The position numbers and the translations under genes were made by a program. Positions 38,688 to 48,217 of a stretch of 64,000 bases of DNA are shown here, piece after piece (the stretch's first letter is position 1; each line of letters starts with the position of its first letter). The notes below the pieces were generated by a model. That model was not told where the DNA came from, ran no database searches, and saw only the letters and a list, made by a program, of their open reading frames with translations. The DNA lies in NCBI GenBank assembly GCA_965541585.1, contig CBEUCH010000005.1, forward strand, positions 96,001 to 160,000, written 5' to 3'. The DNA comes from an uncultured bacterium. GTDB taxonomy: Bacteria > Zixibacteria > MSB-5A5 > UBA10806.

Positions 38688-38859
38688 AGTCTAAGTTCTT
38701 ACCTCGTGAATCGTCATTACATTGAAAACCCTTTTGAAGACCGGCATAGACTCTTCAATCGCCAATCCCTGCTAACCGACTATCTTACGCACATCGACAG
38801 CCAATATATGAGACCGAAATTCCAAAAACCACCATTATTCCGCCGGTCTTCGCAGGCTG

Positions 38860-39504
38860 TCAACTCAACGAGAACTTCATCGCCTTGGCCTCGGATAATC
38901 CAAAGCTCTTCTCTCTAATAGATCTCGGTGCAGATGAGACATGAGGATGGTCATTTATAAAAAAGCGCCACAGCTTTTCGCTCCCCATCGAGCCGATCCC
39001 GATTCTCGGGGACGCCTGGATCTCATTCTTGCCGCCGGACGGCCCCCTTATGTATATATGCGAGCTACTGAGGTCTGTTCCGTTCTCAGCGGTGGTAACG
39101 CCGAGCGCTCTCGCCAGCTTGCCGGGGCCCGAGGAGATATTCTTCGGATCAGTTGTCCCTCGCCTTTGTGCCATTGTCTCGATATTATAGCGAGGCTCTA
39201 TGGCCCGCAACAGGACTGCCGACGGGTATCCCTTGATTTCCGTGACCACATTTAACATGAAGTGATTCCCGTATGTAAAATAGACATACAAATATCCCGG
39301 GGGACCATACATAATCTCATTTCTCTTCGTTCGGCCGCGGGAGGCGTGGCAGGCGGGATCATCTTCACCGATATACGCCTCGGCCTCTACAATCATCCCA
39401 CCACTCCTGATGCCATTCGTGTTGCAAACGAGATGACAACCGATCAGTTCTTTAGCAACGTCCAATGTCCGACGATTATAGAATTTCCTCGGAAGCTTTC
39501 TCAT
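38860..39504 (-). CDS. mpg: 3-methyladenine DNA glycosylase (AAG/MPG type)
   Basis: IVEAEAY, YVYFTYG, AVLLRAIEP, GPGKL, PRIGI, WRF. Confidence 0.93.
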   Translation of the reverse strand: MRKLPRKFYNRRTLDVAKELIGCHLVCNTNGIRSGGMIVEAEAYIGEDDPACHASRGRTKRNEIMYGPPGYLYVYFTYGNHFMLNVVTEIKGYPSAVLLRAIEPRYNIETMAQRRGTTDPKNISSGPGKLARALGVTTAENGTDLSSSHIYIRGPSGGKNEIQASPRIGIGSMGSEKLWRFFINDHPHVSSAPRSIREKSFGLSEAKAMKFSLS

Positions 39505-40331
39505 ATCATTTTCGGGAATACAGGCTCTAAAGCTCTGCGATTGAGAAAGTCATAGGCCTCCGCGACCCCCTTGCCGAGATCGGCCGGCCTGTGACAATCG
39601 GAGCCCACGGAGGTTATTGCGACACCGCAACTGATAGCTCTATCGATTATCTTGCTCGACGGGTGAAACGTATCGCCACCTCTCTTGAAGGGGCTGGTAT
39701 TTATTTCAATTCCGATACCGTATTTTTTCAGCTTATCGAAAACAGGGTCGAATCGCTCCACCTCGATCTCATTTATCGAATCCCCGTAATACTCCCGGCC
39801 GTAGCGGATATAATAGTCCAGATGCCCCAGACAATCGAAGCCCTGACAACTTGCGGCTCTCAGCAAGAGCTCGAAGTAGTCGTCAGCCATCCGGTCGACG
39901 GATCTGTTCTCAAAATATGATGGCGCTTCACGTTTATCGGATATGGCAATATCATCCAGGCAATGAACGGAACCGACAACAAAATCAAGCGGGAATTTCG
40001 CTCTTAAGCTTTCGACCTCTTCCTCGACGCCCGGATAATAATCTACCTCGATACCACAGAACAGATCCAGCCCCAGGCGGTCATAAATTTCGCGTGCTCT
40101 CAGAATGTCCTTTACATAATCTCCTATGATCGAATCGGAGAATTTTACTCTTTTGCCGTTGTGTCTCCAGTAGCCGTCGATCTCCCTCCGCTTCGGATTC
40201 GAATCATAATGAGTGGTAAAACAAACGGCACCGAGTCCCATTTTCTGTGCCCTGTCGCAATACTGCCCGATACTGCCTTCGGCATCGATGGAATAATCGG
40301 GATGGATATGGAAATCGACTATATTTTTCAT
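39501..40331 (-). CDS. PHP-family histidinol-phosphatase (HisJ/HisK-like)
   Basis: DFHIH, GIEVDY, GSVH, GHLD, EINTS, GSDCH. Confidence 0.85.
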   Translation of the reverse strand: MKNIVDFHIHPDYSIDAEGSIGQYCDRAQKMGLGAVCFTTHYDSNPKRREIDGYWRHNGKRVKFSDSIIGDYVKDILRAREIYDRLGLDLFCGIEVDYYPGVEEEVESLRAKFPLDFVVGSVHCLDDIAISDKREAPSYFENRSVDRMADDYFELLLRAASCQGFDCLGHLDYYIRYGREYYGDSINEIEVERFDPVFDKLKKYGIGIEINTSPFKRGGDTFHPSSKIIDRAISCGVAITSVGSDCHRPADLGKGVAEAYDFLNRRALEPVFPKMI

Positions 40332-40960
40332 GAGAGGAAAGGATTGAATTCCCGTTCCTGGCCAATGGTCGAATCCGGTCCATGGCCGGAATAGATAATC
40401 GTATCGGCGGGGAGCGTCAACAGCTTGGTCTTGATCGAGTCGATAAGCGTCGCGTGGGAGCAGCCGGGGAAATCGGTTCGTCCGATGGAACCGAGAAACA
40501 ATGCATCGCCGGTAAAGGCCACGCCATGTCCATACAGGGAGATGGAGCCGGGAGAATGTCCCGGCGTCTCCAGAACCTTGAAATTAAATCGGCCGACCGA
40601 GATCGTATCGCCCTCTTTGATAAATTCTTCCGCCGCCCCGGTTATGATCTGTCCACCCGTCATACCGGAGAGATTGGTTATCGGATCGGTCAGCATGGCA
40701 GCGTCTTTCTCGCCGATCAATACCGGCGCTTTGAAATGACCGCGTATATCCTCCAGAGCCCCGATATGATCGGCATGGCCGTGAGTTATTACGATCTTGT
40801 CAATATTCAAACCATGCTTGCCCACGTGCGCAATAATCCGGTCCGGCTCCCATGAGGGATCGATTATCATCCCCTCTCCGGATTCGGGATCGCCCACTAT
40901 GTAACAATTTACGAAATACGGCCCGAGTTCCAGTATGTCAATTAGAGGATTGTCATTCAT
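40328..40960 (-). CDS. MBL-fold hydrolase (glyoxalase II-like)
   Basis: THGHADHIG, PGHSPG, GDALF.GSIGRTD. Confidence 0.9.
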   Translation of the reverse strand: MNDNPLIDILELGPYFVNCYIVGDPESGEGMIIDPSWEPDRIIAHVGKHGLNIDKIVITHGHADHIGALEDIRGHFKAPVLIGEKDAAMLTDPITNLSGMTGGQIITGAAEEFIKEGDTISVGRFNFKVLETPGHSPGSISLYGHGVAFTGDALFLGSIGRTDFPGCSHATLIDSIKTKLLTLPADTIIYSGHGPDSTIGQEREFNPFLS

Positions 40961-42785
40961 CCGTTACCTGCTCGTTGAAATGTTTCCAGATTGTCTTAGC
41001 TACATTCTGCGGAAGATACGGGGTCGCCAGCAGGTCGTCAAGCGACGCTTTCTTTATCGCCTCCAGCGAACCAAAGGCGGCCAGAAGATCCATCTTTCTT
41101 TTCTTGCCCACGCCGGGAATGCTGTCGAGTTCAGACTCCTCCAGCTTTCGAGAGCGAAGCTTACGATGGTATGTTACCGCGAACCGATGAGCCTCGTCGC
41201 GGATTCTCTGCAATAATCTTATGGATGACGACGTTTTCGGAATGGAAAGCGGCTCCCGGCGGCCCCGCAGATAAACCTCCTCGAAACGTTTGGCCAGCGA
41301 GACGGTTTGCTGGTCGGGGAGGTTCAATTCCTTTAGAGCATCCAGCGCAGCATTGAGTTGCCCCTTGCCCCCATCGATCAAAAGCAGATCGGGATAGTCT
41401 TTCTGATTTTCCGCCAGATGAACAAAGTAACGGCCGACGATTTCCTTCATCATGGAAAAATCGTCCTGACCTTCGATGGTCTTAATCTTCATGCGTCGAT
41501 ACTCAGATTTCCTGGGGCGCCCATCAGAAAAATATACTATCGAGCCGACCGCCTGTTCCCTCCCGAGATTAGAAATATCACAGGCCACAATCGACCGGGG
41601 AAGTCTTTTAAGATACAGGTCGCGGCTTAGTGAATATATCGGATGGGGCGCTCTTGTCCTGGCAATGCTCTTCTCTGCAAGATACAGATCCAGGTTATGC
41701 CTGGCATTATCAAGGGCCATTTTCAGAAGCGCCATCTTCTCCCCTCTCCGGGGAACGATTAGCTTGAGTTTATGCCTCGCTCCTTCTATAAGGAAATCCT
41801 GCATCAACTCCATATCCTCGAATTCTTCGGGGATCAATATCTCCTCCGGGGATATCGTTGCCGTCTTATAATATCTCGGCAGAAAATTCCTCGTTATCTC
41901 GGCCGTATCGAACCCGGCGGTGGCTACGATATAGCGCTTCTGACCCAGCAATACACCCTCTCGAACCTCCAGAAGGGCCACACACGCATCCCCGCCCTCG
42001 GCTGATACTGCTATGATATCGCGATCTGCCAGGTCATGACTGACAACGCGCTGTTTCTGGATTACAGATTCTATCGCCTTTATTTGATCGCGGACGCTCG
42101 CCGCCTCTTCATATTCGAGTTGGTCGGAAAGCTCAGCCATTCGTTCTCTTAACCGGGAGGCGATCTTTTTTGATCTCCCCGATAGAAAGAGAATGACCTC
42201 GCCGATCATGGCATTGTAAGACTCCACCGTGGTTTTCCCTTCTTCGCAGCAACCCGGGCAGCGCCCGATGGAATAATCGAGACAAACCCGGTACCTGCGC
42301 TTCGATGGTAACTCCAGCGAACAGGAACGTATGGTGAAGATACGCCTGATAAGTTTCAACGTCTTGCGCATGGATGCGACTTTTGTATACGGTCCAAAAT
42401 ACCTGGCTTTATCATTTTGAATTCGGCGAACCACAAGCATCCTGGGATACATCTCGTCAGTCGTAATCTTTATATACGGATAGCGTTTGTCGTCCTTGAG
42501 ATCGATGTTGTATCGAGGCTTGTGCTCTTTGATCAGGTTCGATTCTAAGATCAGCGCCTCTTTTTCAGATGACGTAACGAGAAGATCCAGATCAGCGATT
42601 CGGGAAACTAATTTTTCGGTCTTTGAATCGTGATGAGTCTTCTGAAAATATGAGCGCACCCTTTTTTTCAGGGAGCCGGCCTTGCCTATGTAGATTATGC
42701 GATTGTCCTTATCCTTGAAGAGATAGCATCCGGGCCTATCCGGGAGATTGTTGAGTCTTACATTCAGATCGATAGTTTGATTCAC
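40953..42785 (-). CDS. uvrC: Excinuclease ABC subunit C
   Basis: GIY-YIG (PGCY..IYIGKA), UVR domain, DIS/DD/IDGGKGQ, RDEAHRFA, HhH. Confidence 0.97.
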   Translation of the reverse strand: MNQTIDLNVRLNNLPDRPGCYLFKDKDNRIIYIGKAGSLKKRVRSYFQKTHHDSKTEKLVSRIADLDLLVTSSEKEALILESNLIKEHKPRYNIDLKDDKRYPYIKITTDEMYPRMLVVRRIQNDKARYFGPYTKVASMRKTLKLIRRIFTIRSCSLELPSKRRYRVCLDYSIGRCPGCCEEGKTTVESYNAMIGEVILFLSGRSKKIASRLRERMAELSDQLEYEEAASVRDQIKAIESVIQKQRVVSHDLADRDIIAVSAEGGDACVALLEVREGVLLGQKRYIVATAGFDTAEITRNFLPRYYKTATISPEEILIPEEFEDMELMQDFLIEGARHKLKLIVPRRGEKMALLKMALDNARHNLDLYLAEKSIARTRAPHPIYSLSRDLYLKRLPRSIVACDISNLGREQAVGSIVYFSDGRPRKSEYRRMKIKTIEGQDDFSMMKEIVGRYFVHLAENQKDYPDLLLIDGGKGQLNAALDALKELNLPDQQTVSLAKRFEEVYLRGRREPLSIPKTSSSIRLLQRIRDEAHRFAVTYHRKLRSRKLEESELDSIPGVGKKRKMDLLAAFGSLEAIKKASLDDLLATPYLPQNVAKTIWKHFNEQVTDE

Positions 42786-42837
42786 CTGGAGAAAATAACA
42801 TCGGGCGGAATTTTGTCAAGCCGCCAATATCCCGGGG

Positions 42838-42948
42838 CTATCGGATGGGGATTAAGACGATTGCGAGAGCAGCAAAGACAGCCAGGACGATCAACCCCAA
42901 CTCGAGATTATCGAGGATTCTCTTTTTCTCTTCTTTCATTACAATCAT
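42838..42948 (-). CDS. 36-aa single-pass membrane protein
   Basis: GGGAGA SD; MIVMKEEKKRILDNLELGLIVLAVFAALAIVLIPIR. Confidence 0.55.
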   Translation of the reverse strand: MIVMKEEKKRILDNLELGLIVLAVFAALAIVLIPIR

Positions 42949-42970
42949 TTTCGGTCTCCCAGAAAATTTT

Positions 42971-43044
42971 CATGGGAGTGGCGGAGGGGGAAACCCCGAA
43001 TCGTTCGGGGTGGCTGGATGGTGGTCCAGCACACCACTCCCATG
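42971..43044 (-). ncRNA. Structured three-way-junction RNA element (leader or sRNA)
   Basis: Outer stem CATGGGAGTGG/CCACTCCCATG enclosing hairpins GCTGGA/TCCAGC and ACCCCGAA/TTCGGGGT. Confidence 0.55.
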
Positions 43045-43083
43045 TCTTTCAGAACCACATTTGTGCCTTCGCTCTTAAAAAAG

Positions 43084-43098
43084 GCAAGATCAATGCCA
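43084..43098 (-). promoter_or_regulatory. Putative sigma-54 promoter
   Basis: TGGCAT-TGATC-TTGC (GG-N10-GC) on the minus strand. Confidence 0.6.
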
Positions 43099-43281
43099 GA
43101 ATCCCGATTTTGATCCGCAAGGAACGGGCAGTCGAAACTGCACCTTTAATTTATTGCCATACAATAAGTTAAGCAGAGAAATGCGGCTATTGCTCGAAGA
43201 TTTCATTTTCCCTATTCATAGTGAATCTCGTACAGATTGTCGCAGATTTATGAATCTCTGCAAAAAATTGCAGGATCGCAC

Positions 43282-45651
43282 TTATCTTAAGAGAGTCATG
43301 GATCGAATCTTCAGCCCATCTGATATCCTGTAGAAATAGATCCCCGATGACACCGGCTGACCACTATTATCGAGTCCCGTCCAGATATATCTGCCGCCTT
43401 TATGATCAACCTGAAGGCGTTTTACCAGCCTACCGAGAATGTCATATATCTCTAATTCCGGATAATTTTCCTGACCACCGGCCAAGCTGATTACCGTCGT
43501 TGAATTAAACGGGTTGGGATAATTCTGATTCAACTCCAGATGCTCCGGCGGCCCGACTGTCCCGGCCAACCCTGTTGGAAGACCCGTTCCGCCGAAATAG
43601 AAATTATCGATATAAACACCGTCATTGTTGGTCTCGGGGCTGGAGAAAAACCTGAAGCGAAAAGCCATATTCTCAAATCCCGGCCCGCAATAATCATCGA
43701 GAGAAATATATCGAAGTCTCCATTCGGACGATGAATAACCGGTGAGAGTATCGGGTAAAGCAGCCCAGGTTGCACCCCCGTTAATTGAAATCTGGTTAAA
43801 CACAAAATCATAGTTCGGCTGCAGGAAGTGTTCTTCGAAATAGTATATGCCTGCTGAAAGGTATGATGAAAGATCGAAAATCCGGTCGATTCGCGCCCAG
43901 CTAAGGCTGTTTGAATAATAATTATACGGCGAATCCTCGAGCGAATGATCCGATTGAAATCCTCGATTTGCAATCCCCCATTGATTTTGCGAGCCTCCGA
44001 AGACCCAGCCGGATGGATCCTCTTCAAAATCGTCCGTGAACAATTCACTTTCGAAACTCTGGAGAAAATACTCACTGCTTACGTAGCCTGTAATGAAACT
44101 ATGGTCGAAATCAGGAAGGTATCCCGGAACCAGGATTTCGATATCGTAAATATCGGCATCCAGGGTAATGGTGACAGGAGAACCATCGGTGACGACCAGC
44201 GTATCGAAATTGCCGGAGTGGATCTCCACAAACGCCGGTAGCGGTTCGCCCATCGAACTGTCGGATACGGTGAATTCGAATACCGCCATTTCAGCCGGAA
44301 CCAATTGGAAATCGTATCTTTGCGCAGGGCCGGGTCCGACCTCGATCGGCCCCATCTCAGCTGAAATGTAGCCCGGCGATTCCACCCTGATATGATAGAT
44401 ACCGGGTAGCAGCGGCCGATGATAATCGCCCACGATCGGGTCGGTATAAAACGGAAATCCTCCCTCCTCGATCCATACGGTCGCTTCCAGAGGCTCGCCC
44501 GTCGTCGAATCGATAACGATTCCTCGTATGCCGATATCAGCGGCATCGATAATGAATAGTATGGCCTCGCGATTGGCGTACCAATAAGTCTCGATATCTC
44601 TCTCCGGTGGCGTTTTTACCTCTGAGATTTCGATTGTCCAGTCGATATCGGAAAGATAGCCATAGGAGAAGTCGTTGGCGTCGCCATGCGTGGAGTACCA
44701 ATCGCATCCGTTGGTAACATAAAAACCGGGCGTCCCGTTAAGACCGGCATACGAATATGAGAGATCCATAATAAGCTCATCGTCAGGGGTCGCATGATAT
44801 TCTCCGCTGCGATGAAGCCCATCGTCGTAATTCCAGACAGCGTTGATATTCGTAGCGCCGGAGTGCATCGATAGTGATAGAACGTAACGATTAGTCATGG
44901 CATCGCCCCGAACCGCCTGAGTTTCAGGCTCTGAAAATGAGTATAGATGGTTGGCGTACGACGGGCAATCATCGCCCTCCGGACACAGGTAATCCCTGTT
45001 AAGATCCTGATACCGGTCATTATAACGTGAATTATTAGTGACGCCGTCGGGGTTGACCATGGGGATTATATAGATCTCCCGTTCGTTCACCAGGCGAGTG
45101 ACGGTGGTATCGCTGCCATAATTCGATGTCAAACAATCAACTATGTACAAAGGCAGCTCCACAGAGATCCTCTCGTCGCCGTGATGCGCTCCCATGATCC
45201 TCACTTCCGCCTCGTCCTCCTCGACTCCGGGATTGTCGCTTATCCGGATACCGATTATCAATCTACCTTCGATCGATTGCCCCAACGTATCCAGCTGGCA
45301 TATAGTGGGATTAGCAGTTGCTACCGAATCGAGAAAAAAGACTGTTTCCTCATAGCTGTGATATTCTCCCAGATCCAGAAGCGAAAAGACCCAGGCGGAT
45401 TCGTCGCGGTAGTCCTCGAACATTATCTCATAACCGACTCCTACGGAATCGAGCAGCGATCTTTCATATGCGGTGAGATATCCATACAGGTAGTCAAGGC
45501 TACCACGTTCTATATCGAGGTTATGTTTTAGTACCAGTTCCTGTAATCGATCTTGCGGAATAGGAAGTTTTAGTTTTGCTCTTACCGGTTCTTCGGCAGA
45601 CAACCGGTTGGCGGTCAAGAAAATCGTCAGGGCTGTGAGAATAATCCTCAT
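43282..45651 (-). CDS. Secreted M14 zinc carboxypeptidase with FlgD/T9SS-like tail
   Basis: HHGDE, VNPDG, DLNRD, SEPET, SMHSG, WTIE; QNYPNPFN. Confidence 0.92.
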   Translation of the reverse strand: MRIILTALTIFLTANRLSAEEPVRAKLKLPIPQDRLQELVLKHNLDIERGSLDYLYGYLTAYERSLLDSVGVGYEIMFEDYRDESAWVFSLLDLGEYHSYEETVFFLDSVATANPTICQLDTLGQSIEGRLIIGIRISDNPGVEEDEAEVRIMGAHHGDERISVELPLYIVDCLTSNYGSDTTVTRLVNEREIYIIPMVNPDGVTNNSRYNDRYQDLNRDYLCPEGDDCPSYANHLYSFSEPETQAVRGDAMTNRYVLSLSMHSGATNINAVWNYDDGLHRSGEYHATPDDELIMDLSYSYAGLNGTPGFYVTNGCDWYSTHGDANDFSYGYLSDIDWTIEISEVKTPPERDIETYWYANREAILFIIDAADIGIRGIVIDSTTGEPLEATVWIEEGGFPFYTDPIVGDYHRPLLPGIYHIRVESPGYISAEMGPIEVGPGPAQRYDFQLVPAEMAVFEFTVSDSSMGEPLPAFVEIHSGNFDTLVVTDGSPVTITLDADIYDIEILVPGYLPDFDHSFITGYVSSEYFLQSFESELFTDDFEEDPSGWVFGGSQNQWGIANRGFQSDHSLEDSPYNYYSNSLSWARIDRIFDLSSYLSAGIYYFEEHFLQPNYDFVFNQISINGGATWAALPDTLTGYSSSEWRLRYISLDDYCGPGFENMAFRFRFFSSPETNNDGVYIDNFYFGGTGLPTGLAGTVGPPEHLELNQNYPNPFNSTTVISLAGGQENYPELEIYDILGRLVKRLQVDHKGGRYIWTGLDNSGQPVSSGIYFYRISDGLKIRSMTLLR

Positions 45652-45815
45652 AACCCAAATATATCCGGGATCAATAATGTGTCAATCTAATAAGTTTTAT
45701 CTTCGAGATCCATTTTTGATATCAGATACAAATGATTTACATACAAGAGGAAATGCTGCCCTGGCATCTTGAGAAGTGACATTCTCGTATAGACTTATGC
45801 GGAACCTCTCTATTC

Positions 45816-46691
45816 TTATCGATCCAGCTTATCGCGGACCTCATTTATATCATCGGTATAGATCATGGGAACGGAATCGAGGAATTCTTCGAAATATATT
45901 TTTGCCAGGGCCGAATCCCCTTTCGCCTCGTGAAGCTCTCCCAGACGCTTCCGGGCGGCAAAAACCCCCGGATTCAGAGCCAGAGTTTTAGAAAAATACG
46001 AAATCGCAGCCGCGGTGTCGCCAACAATAGCCATGATTTCAGCGAAATTGAAACAGACCTCCGGAGAATCGGGTTTTACCTTTAGCGATCTTTCCGTATA
46101 TATTCGGGCCGAATCGATCTGCCCCCAGTTTCCCCAGATCGCGCCTATATTCAGATTTGCCTGATAATCGGCGGGATTGAAACCTAACGCCATATGGTAG
46201 TAAAAAAACGCCGAGTCAGTCTGTTCGAGCATATCATAAGAATACCCGAGATCGTAATAAAGGTTCTCCGGTGACGGGGAGAGGTGTATTGCCTGGACCA
46301 TGTATCGATTGGTTTTCTCGTAATCTGCCATAATATCATAAATATAGGCCAGATCTCGATAGGCCTCCCAGAAAGTGGAATCATGGCTGATTGCCAATGT
46401 ATAATATCCCATGGCCTCTGCAATGTTATCGGTCAGATCCAGAATCCGTCCGTAGAGGTATAATGCCTCCGCGTTGACACTGTCTATGGAGAGGTAATTA
46501 CTTAAGATAACCTCGCAGGCGCCATAATTTTCCTGATCAATGAGGATTCGCGCGAGTTTTTTGACCGAGCTAAAATCGTCGGGATGCTCCTTTATATTTC
46601 CTTCGAGTCCGGCGATTGTATCCTCTCGCGTAAATGAATTCAATGCTGACAGGATATATAAAGTCCCGATCATTACTATAAGCGATTTCAT
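45816..46691 (-). CDS. Tetratricopeptide-repeat protein
   Basis: Repeated TPR-like helices (AEALYLYG, YYDLGY, ANLNIG); N-terminal hydrophobic segment. Confidence 0.85.
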   Translation of the reverse strand: MKSLIVMIGTLYILSALNSFTREDTIAGLEGNIKEHPDDFSSVKKLARILIDQENYGACEVILSNYLSIDSVNAEALYLYGRILDLTDNIAEAMGYYTLAISHDSTFWEAYRDLAYIYDIMADYEKTNRYMVQAIHLSPSPENLYYDLGYSYDMLEQTDSAFFYYHMALGFNPADYQANLNIGAIWGNWGQIDSARIYTERSLKVKPDSPEVCFNFAEIMAIVGDTAAAISYFSKTLALNPGVFAARKRLGELHEAKGDSALAKIYFEEFLDSVPMIYTDDINEVRDKLDR

Positions 46692-46736
46692 AGAAGGTTT
46701 ATCGGCAAGAGAGATCAGGGTATTGATGACAGCATT

Positions 46737-48134
46737 TCAGATCTTTCGCTTCCACTTGGTGCCGGTAGAGGTATCCTCGAGGATGATGTCGCGTTCCAGC
46801 AAATCTGCTCTGATCCTATCGGCCAGGGCAAAGTCTTTTCCCCGTCTGGCCTCATTCCGCTCTTCTATCAGCTTTTCGATATCCTCATCGATAATTTCAT
46901 CTCCGGTGTAGATTACGCCCAGCACACTGTCGAATCTCCTCAACGCATCGAGAACCGATTCCTGATCGGCTTGAGAGAGACCACTATTGGCGACCAGAGC
47001 ATTGATCTCCCTGACGAAATCGAATATAGCCCCCAGTGACGGTGAAATATTCAGATCGTCATCAAGGCCTGCCTCGAAACCTCTCACGGCTTTAGCGATT
47101 GCCTCTTTAACCGCCCTGTTGTCAGGCCCGCTTCCGGAATCCTCTACGGTTGACCTGAAATCCTTAAGACGTGTAATGGCCGCCTTGGCCGCCTCCAGGC
47201 CTTCCATCGTAAAATTCAGTTGCTGACGATAATGTGTAGCTATTAGAACATATCTGACGGCCAGGGGATTATGTCCCTGGCTGACCAGGTCTTCAACCGT
47301 GAAAAAATTGCCTTCCGACTTCGCCATTTTCTTGCTTTCGACTATGAGATGCGCATTATGAAGCCAGTAGTTAACGAATCTCTTCTCCGTAGCACCCTCT
47401 GATTGGGCTATTTCATTCTCGTGATGGGGAAATATATTATCCACGCCCCCGGTATGGATATCGAATTGTTCACCGAGATATTTCATGGCCATAGCCGAGC
47501 ACTCGATATGCCATCCGGGACGGCCTTTGCCCAACGGGGTCTCCCAGAAGACTGCACCATCGCTCTCGGTCCAGCCTTTCCAGAGAGCGAAATCCGAGGC
47601 CGATTCCTTTTCGTATTCATCGGAGCTAACCCTTGCTCCTGCCTTCAGATCGTCGAGCTTCATATGGGATAAATCTCCATATCCCGGGAATGTCGATATC
47701 TTGAAGTAGATGGAATCTCCTGATCTATAGGCGTGCCCTCGCTCCATGAGTTTCTGAACCAATTCAACCATCTCATCGATATGCTCGGTGGCCGCCGGAT
47801 AGAATTCGGCTCTTTGAATATTCAACCTGTCCAGATCGCGAAAGAACATATCTTTATACTTACTGGTATGTTCGGTCAGGGAGATTCCGGCCGCTTTGGA
47901 ATCGCGAATCGTTTTATCGTCGATGTCGGTCAGGTTCATGACCTGCGTAACCTCGAATCCTCTGTAGATCAAATACCTTCTTAAGAGGTCCTCGAACAGA
48001 TAGGCCCTGTAATTGCCTATATGCGCCGGCGCATAGACTGTCGGCCCGCAGGTATACATTCTCACGACTCCGGGTTCGATTGGATTGAACTCCTCCAGCC
48101 TGCGGGTCATGGTGTTGTAGAATTTCAATGACAT
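46737..48134 (-). CDS. cysS: Cysteine--tRNA ligase
   Basis: YTCGPTVY, HIGN, GRPGWHIECSAM, KMAKS. Confidence 0.97.
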   Translation of the reverse strand: MSLKFYNTMTRRLEEFNPIEPGVVRMYTCGPTVYAPAHIGNYRAYLFEDLLRRYLIYRGFEVTQVMNLTDIDDKTIRDSKAAGISLTEHTSKYKDMFFRDLDRLNIQRAEFYPAATEHIDEMVELVQKLMERGHAYRSGDSIYFKISTFPGYGDLSHMKLDDLKAGARVSSDEYEKESASDFALWKGWTESDGAVFWETPLGKGRPGWHIECSAMAMKYLGEQFDIHTGGVDNIFPHHENEIAQSEGATEKRFVNYWLHNAHLIVESKKMAKSEGNFFTVEDLVSQGHNPLAVRYVLIATHYRQQLNFTMEGLEAAKAAITRLKDFRSTVEDSGSGPDNRAVKEAIAKAVRGFEAGLDDDLNISPSLGAIFDFVREINALVANSGLSQADQESVLDALRRFDSVLGVIYTGDEIIDEDIEKLIEERNEARRGKDFALADRIRADLLERDIILEDTSTGTKWKRKI

Positions 48135-48217
48135 CGCCGAATCCCTCCGCAAGGATCAATTACCTTATACAACAATAATCGAAAAAACATCGCCTAGGTT
48201 TAGCATGTCTCGCAAAT

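Noticed and set aside
42777..43172. Plus-strand ORFs of 131 aa and 77 aa
   Set aside because: No recognisable features; the region is better explained by the minus-strand promoter, RNA structure and small ORF.
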